This document shows positions 60,297 through 64,000 of a stretch of DNA of 64,000 nt, in pieces. Position 1 is the stretch's first letter, and the number at the start of each line of letters is the position of its first letter. Origin of the DNA: an uncultured delta proteobacterium (GTDB taxonomy: Bacteria > Desulfobacterota > Desulfobacteria > Desulfobacterales > Desulfosalsimonadaceae); assembly GCA_963826785.1 (NCBI GenBank), contig CAWGYD010000001.1, positions 608,001 to 672,000 on the forward strand, in the 5' to 3' direction. The notes beneath the pieces are model-generated. The model saw only the letters and a list, made by a program, of their open reading frames with translations. It had not been told where the DNA came from and searched no databases. Both the position numbers and the translations under genes were made by a program.

Positions 60297-60887
60297 ATGA
60301 AAAAAATCTTTTGGACGCTGATCGGGCTGCTGTTATTGGTTCAGCCGCTTTACGCCGCGCCGGAACAGGATGTGGAAAACCTGCTGAAAAGCAAAATTAA
60401 CGCCGTGGTCGATATGCTCAAACAAAACGAGATGAGCGTTGAAACCCGAAATGAAAAGATCATGGAGATCATCGGCCCCTCCATCGATTTTGAGCTCATG
60501 GCCAAACTCACCCTGGGGAAGAACAACTGGGGAAAATTGAACCCGTCCCAACAGGATGAATTTGTCAAATTGTTTGTTCAGCGATTGAAATCCTCCTACC
60601 TCGAAAAAAGCGATTTTTATTCCAACGAAAAGATCGTATATGGCAAGGCAAGTGCCGCAGGGGATAAAATCCAGGCACCGGTCACGGTGCTCACCGGCGG
60701 TGATAAGCCCGTTGAAATGCTTTATAAGTTCTACAAATCGGATCATGGGTGGCTGGTCTATGATGTGGAGATCAACGGGGTCAGCCTGATCCGCAGCTAC
60801 CGGTCCCAGTTCGAGGAGATCCTGCGAAACGGTACGGTGGAAGACCTGATGCGGGAACTGAGACAAAAGGAAGGCAAGATCGAGTAA
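60297..60887 (+). CDS. mlaC: MlaC/Ttg2D/HpnM-family periplasmic lipid shuttle
   Basis: Signal peptide, DFELMAKLTLG..W, WLVYDVEINGVSLIRSYRSQF. Confidence 0.9.
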   Translation: MKKIFWTLIGLLLLVQPLYAAPEQDVENLLKSKINAVVDMLKQNEMSVETRNEKIMEIIGPSIDFELMAKLTLGKNNWGKLNPSQQDEFVKLFVQRLKSSYLEKSDFYSNEKIVYGKASAAGDKIQAPVTVLTGGDKPVEMLYKFYKSDHGWLVYDVEINGVSLIRSYRSQFEEILRNGTVEDLMRELRQKEGKIE

Positions 60888-60888
60888 T

Positions 60889-63402
60889 ATGCCGAAACCG
60901 GAATCCCGCGTGATGGGGCTGTATGACAAAGGCATCCTGGCCCGGCCCCGGCTGGTGGTTTTCGTGATGCTGATCCTCGTGGCCATACTGGGGTATTTTG
61001 CCAGAGATTTTCAGATCGATGCCTCCACCGAAACCCTGATCAAGGAAAACGACAAGGAACTGCATTTTACCCGTGAAGTGTATTCCCGCTACGGCATCCA
61101 GGATTTTCTGGTGGTCGCTTACTCTCCCCACGGGGACCTGCTGGCCGATGAGACGCTGCAGGATATTGCCCGCCTGAAAAAACAGCTTCAGTCTGTCGAT
61201 GACGTGGAATCGGTACTGACGATCTTGGATGTGCCGCTGCTGGAAAGTCCGCCCATCTCCATCCGGGAAATGGCCGGGGGCGACATCCGCACGCTGACCT
61301 CCCCGGACGTGAATAAGCAGCTCGCCCGAAAAGAGCTCAAGAACAGCCCCCTGTACCGAAACCTGCTGGTCAGTCCGGACCTGAGCACCACCGCCCTCCA
61401 GATCAATTTCAAAATCGATGAGGAATATGGGAGGCTGATCGATCAGCGGGACCGGTTGAAGATGCAGGCCACGGCCGGTCAGATGTCGTCGGCTGAAGCC
61501 GATCGCTTGAGCCGTATCAATGACCGGCTCGACGCCATCAATGATCAGTATCTGAGTGAACGGAAGCAGGATATCGCCAGGATCAGGGCGATCCTGGACC
61601 GGCACCGGGACAATGCCGATATCTTCCTGGGCGGGGTCAGCATGATTGCCGTCGATCTGGTCCGATTCTTAAAAAATGATATCGAGGTGTTCGGCATCGG
61701 GGTGCTCTTTTTTCTCGTCCTGACGCTGGGGATCATTTTCCGCCGGATGCGCTGGATCCTGCTGCCGCTTCTTTGCTGCGCGTTTTCCGTTGTGGCCATG
61801 ATCGGGCTGCTGGGATTTTTCGGCTGGAAAGTCACCGTGATTTCCTCGAATTTCATCTCCCTCCAGCTGATCATCACCATGGCCATCGCCATCCACCTGA
61901 TTGTCCGCTACCGGGAGCTGGCCGCTTTGCATCCGGAAACCCAATACCGGCAACTGATCCGGGAAACCATGCGCTCCAAGATGACGCCGGTGATCTATAC
62001 GGTTTTGACCACCATCGCCGGTTTCGGGTCCCTGCTGTTTTCAGGCATCCTGCCGGTGATCACCTTTGGATGGATGATGGTGGCGGGGCTGATCGTATCA
62101 TTTGTGGTCACCTTCATCTTCTTTCCGGCCGCATTGATGCTGATGAAAAAGAAGGTCCCCCAGGCGCAGGAACGCAGACGCTATGCCCTGACCACCATCA
62201 TGGCGAATTTTACCGAAGCGCATGGCAGCTGGATTATCATGATCAGCATCGCGGCGCTGGTAGTGGGAGGGATCGGCATCTCAAGGCTTCGGGTTGAAAA
62301 TTCCTTTATTAATTATTTCAAGAAATCCACGGAAATTTACAAGGGAATGACCATCATCGATCAGAAGCTCGGCGGAACCACCCCGCTGGATGTCCTGGTT
62401 AATTTTGAACCCGATAAAAACATCACTGCATCGGCCCAGGGATCAGCCCCTTCAGACGAATTTGACGAATTTTCGGAATTTGACAAGCCTTCCGATCAGG
62501 AGGCCTACTGGTTTACACCTTACAAGATGGGCCGGATCCTGGAGGTACACGACTACCTGCAGCAGCAGCCCGAGATCGGCAAGGTGCTCTCCCTGGGGAC
62601 CCTGCTGAAGATGGCCCGGCGGCTCAATGGCGGCAAACCCCTGGACAGTTTTGAATTGTCTCTGGTTTACAACGAGATTCCCAAAGAATATCGAGATCTT
62701 CTGGTCGCACCCTATGTGTCGATTCCCCACAACCAGGCCCGGTTTTTTGCCCGTGTCGTGGATTCAAACCCCAACGTGCGGCGAAATGAACTGATCAAGC
62801 GGATTGATCACGACCTGACCACAAAGCTGGGATTTGATCGGAGCAACGTTCATCTCGCCGGAATGCTCATTCTCTACAACAACATGCTCCAGAGCCTGTT
62901 TACATCACAGATTCTGACCCTTGGCATCGTTCTAATCGCACTGATTGTCATGTTTTTTATCCTGTTCAGATCGTTGAAAATCGCCCTGATCGCCATTTTG
63001 CCCAATCTGTTGTCCATCGGCGTGGTGCTGGGGACGATGGGCTGGCTCGATATTCCCCTGGACATGATGACCATCACCATTGCCTCCATCAGCGTGGGGA
63101 TTGCCGTGGACGACACCATCCACTATATCCACCGGTTCGGGAAGGAATTCAAGGCCGACGGGAACTACCTGGCGGCCATGCACCGGAGCCACGATACCAT
63201 CGGGTACGCCATGTACTACACCTCCGTGACCATCATCATCGGCTTTTCAATCCTGGTGCTGTCCAGTTTCATCCCCACCATCATCTTCGGCCTGTTCACC
63301 GGACTGGCCATGCTCATCGCCCTGATGGCCGCCCTGACCCTGCTGCCGAGGCTCATCATCCTGCTAAAGCCCTTCGGCCCGGAGCAGGTCCAGCAGCCAT
63401 AA
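60889..63402 (+). CDS. MMPL/RND-family transporter
   Basis: Two TM bundles with periplasmic loops; TTIAGFGSL, GIAVDDTIHY, LTLLP. Confidence 0.92.
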   Translation: MPKPESRVMGLYDKGILARPRLVVFVMLILVAILGYFARDFQIDASTETLIKENDKELHFTREVYSRYGIQDFLVVAYSPHGDLLADETLQDIARLKKQLQSVDDVESVLTILDVPLLESPPISIREMAGGDIRTLTSPDVNKQLARKELKNSPLYRNLLVSPDLSTTALQINFKIDEEYGRLIDQRDRLKMQATAGQMSSAEADRLSRINDRLDAINDQYLSERKQDIARIRAILDRHRDNADIFLGGVSMIAVDLVRFLKNDIEVFGIGVLFFLVLTLGIIFRRMRWILLPLLCCAFSVVAMIGLLGFFGWKVTVISSNFISLQLIITMAIAIHLIVRYRELAALHPETQYRQLIRETMRSKMTPVIYTVLTTIAGFGSLLFSGILPVITFGWMMVAGLIVSFVVTFIFFPAALMLMKKKVPQAQERRRYALTTIMANFTEAHGSWIIMISIAALVVGGIGISRLRVENSFINYFKKSTEIYKGMTIIDQKLGGTTPLDVLVNFEPDKNITASAQGSAPSDEFDEFSEFDKPSDQEAYWFTPYKMGRILEVHDYLQQQPEIGKVLSLGTLLKMARRLNGGKPLDSFELSLVYNEIPKEYRDLLVAPYVSIPHNQARFFARVVDSNPNVRRNELIKRIDHDLTTKLGFDRSNVHLAGMLILYNNMLQSLFTSQILTLGIVLIALIVMFFILFRSLKIALIAILPNLLSIGVVLGTMGWLDIPLDMMTITIASISVGIAVDDTIHYIHRFGKEFKADGNYLAAMHRSHDTIGYAMYYTSVTIIIGFSILVLSSFIPTIIFGLFTGLAMLIALMAALTLLPRLIILLKPFGPEQVQQP

Positions 63403-63403
63403 G

Positions 63404-64000
63404 ATGAAACTGGACCGTATCATCCATGATGCTTGCATCGTCACGGTCAATTCAAATTCTGATATCATCGCCAACGGGATGATCGGCATAAAAGATGGCC
63501 GGATCGCCTGCATCGCGGCGGTGAAAAAAGATACCCCCGAATATCCGGCCGCCGATATCATCGATGCCGCCGGCGCCCTGGTGATGCCGGGGCTGGTCAA
63601 TGTCCATACCCACCTTCCCATGTCCCTGTTCCGGGGTCTGGCCGACGACCTGCCCCTTTCCGAATGGCTCAACAGCCATATCTTCCCGGCAGAAGCCATG
63701 CATGTGCGCCCTGAAACCGTCCGGACCGGGACCCGCCTCTCCTGCGCCGAACTGCTTCTATCCGGGACCACCTGCTGCTGTGACGGCTATTTTCTGGAGG
63801 ATCAGGTTGCATCAGCCGTACACGAATCGGGTCTTCGGGCGGTGCTGGGCCAGGGGGTCATCGATTATCCCGCGCCCGGGGTGCCGGACCCGAAAGACAA
63901 TATCCGCGCCGCCGCTGATTTTGTAAATCAACATCAGCACCTGGACCGGATTGTCCCTTCCATCTTCTGCCACTCGCCTTATACCTGCTCATCTGAAACC
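63404..64000 (+). CDS. Second MtaD-like amidohydrolase, truncated by the window edge
   Basis: Hand translation MKLDRIIHDAC...PGLVNVHTHLPMSLFRGLADDL...SGTT...CHSPYTCS; absent from the ORF track because it has no stop. Confidence 0.88.
   Translation, partial: MKLDRIIHDACIVTVNSNSDIIANGMIGIKDGRIACIAAVKKDTPEYPAADIIDAAGALVMPGLVNVHTHLPMSLFRGLADDLPLSEWLNSHIFPAEAMHVRPETVRTGTRLSCAELLLSGTTCCCDGYFLEDQVASAVHESGLRAVLGQGVIDYPAPGVPDPKDNIRAAADFVNQHQHLDRIVPSIFCHSPYTCSSET

Noticed and set aside
1..64000. CRISPR arrays, IS elements, prophage, rRNA, defence systems
   Set aside because: No spaced repeats, transposase, integrase, phage or rRNA signatures seen by eye

Overview
A 64 kb, GC-rich, gene-dense stretch of core chromosome. 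Gene content (c3-type multiheme cytochrome plus Rnf, DUF1844, CdnL-type CarD, dcw layout) suggests a sulfate-reducing deltaproteobacterium, most likely Desulfobacterales (inference). In order: beta-CASP nuclease, thioredoxin/HEAT protein, MBL hydrolase, a cytoplasmic hybrid kinase with a CMK-like partner, the dcw cluster (mraZ-ftsZ, no ddl), an octaheme cytochrome-rnfCDGEAB operon, then a long minus-strand run (Cys-rich ORF, dapF, 2x moeA, archease, rtcB, pgm, DUF1844, degQ, ispE, tRNA-Gln, prs, rplY, pth, hppA, carD, rluD). After that come a methyltransferase, two radical SAM genes, rseC with a second rnfB-like gene, purine salvage genes and an mlaA-mlaC-MMPL operon. I found no mobile elements or CRISPR. 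The most striking signal is an apparently rewired Rnf: RnfC lacks its FMN/NAD motifs, RnfD lacks the flavinylated Thr, RnfB is fused to an intact GltD/NfnB-like NADPH module, the cytochrome has a nested double-c3 layout, and a second RnfB fusion has a degenerate catalytic module. Also notable are an unannotated 49-aa TM-CxxC ORF inside the dcw cluster and five single-base insertions, probably sequencing errors. All calls come from motif recognition by eye; no database searches were run.
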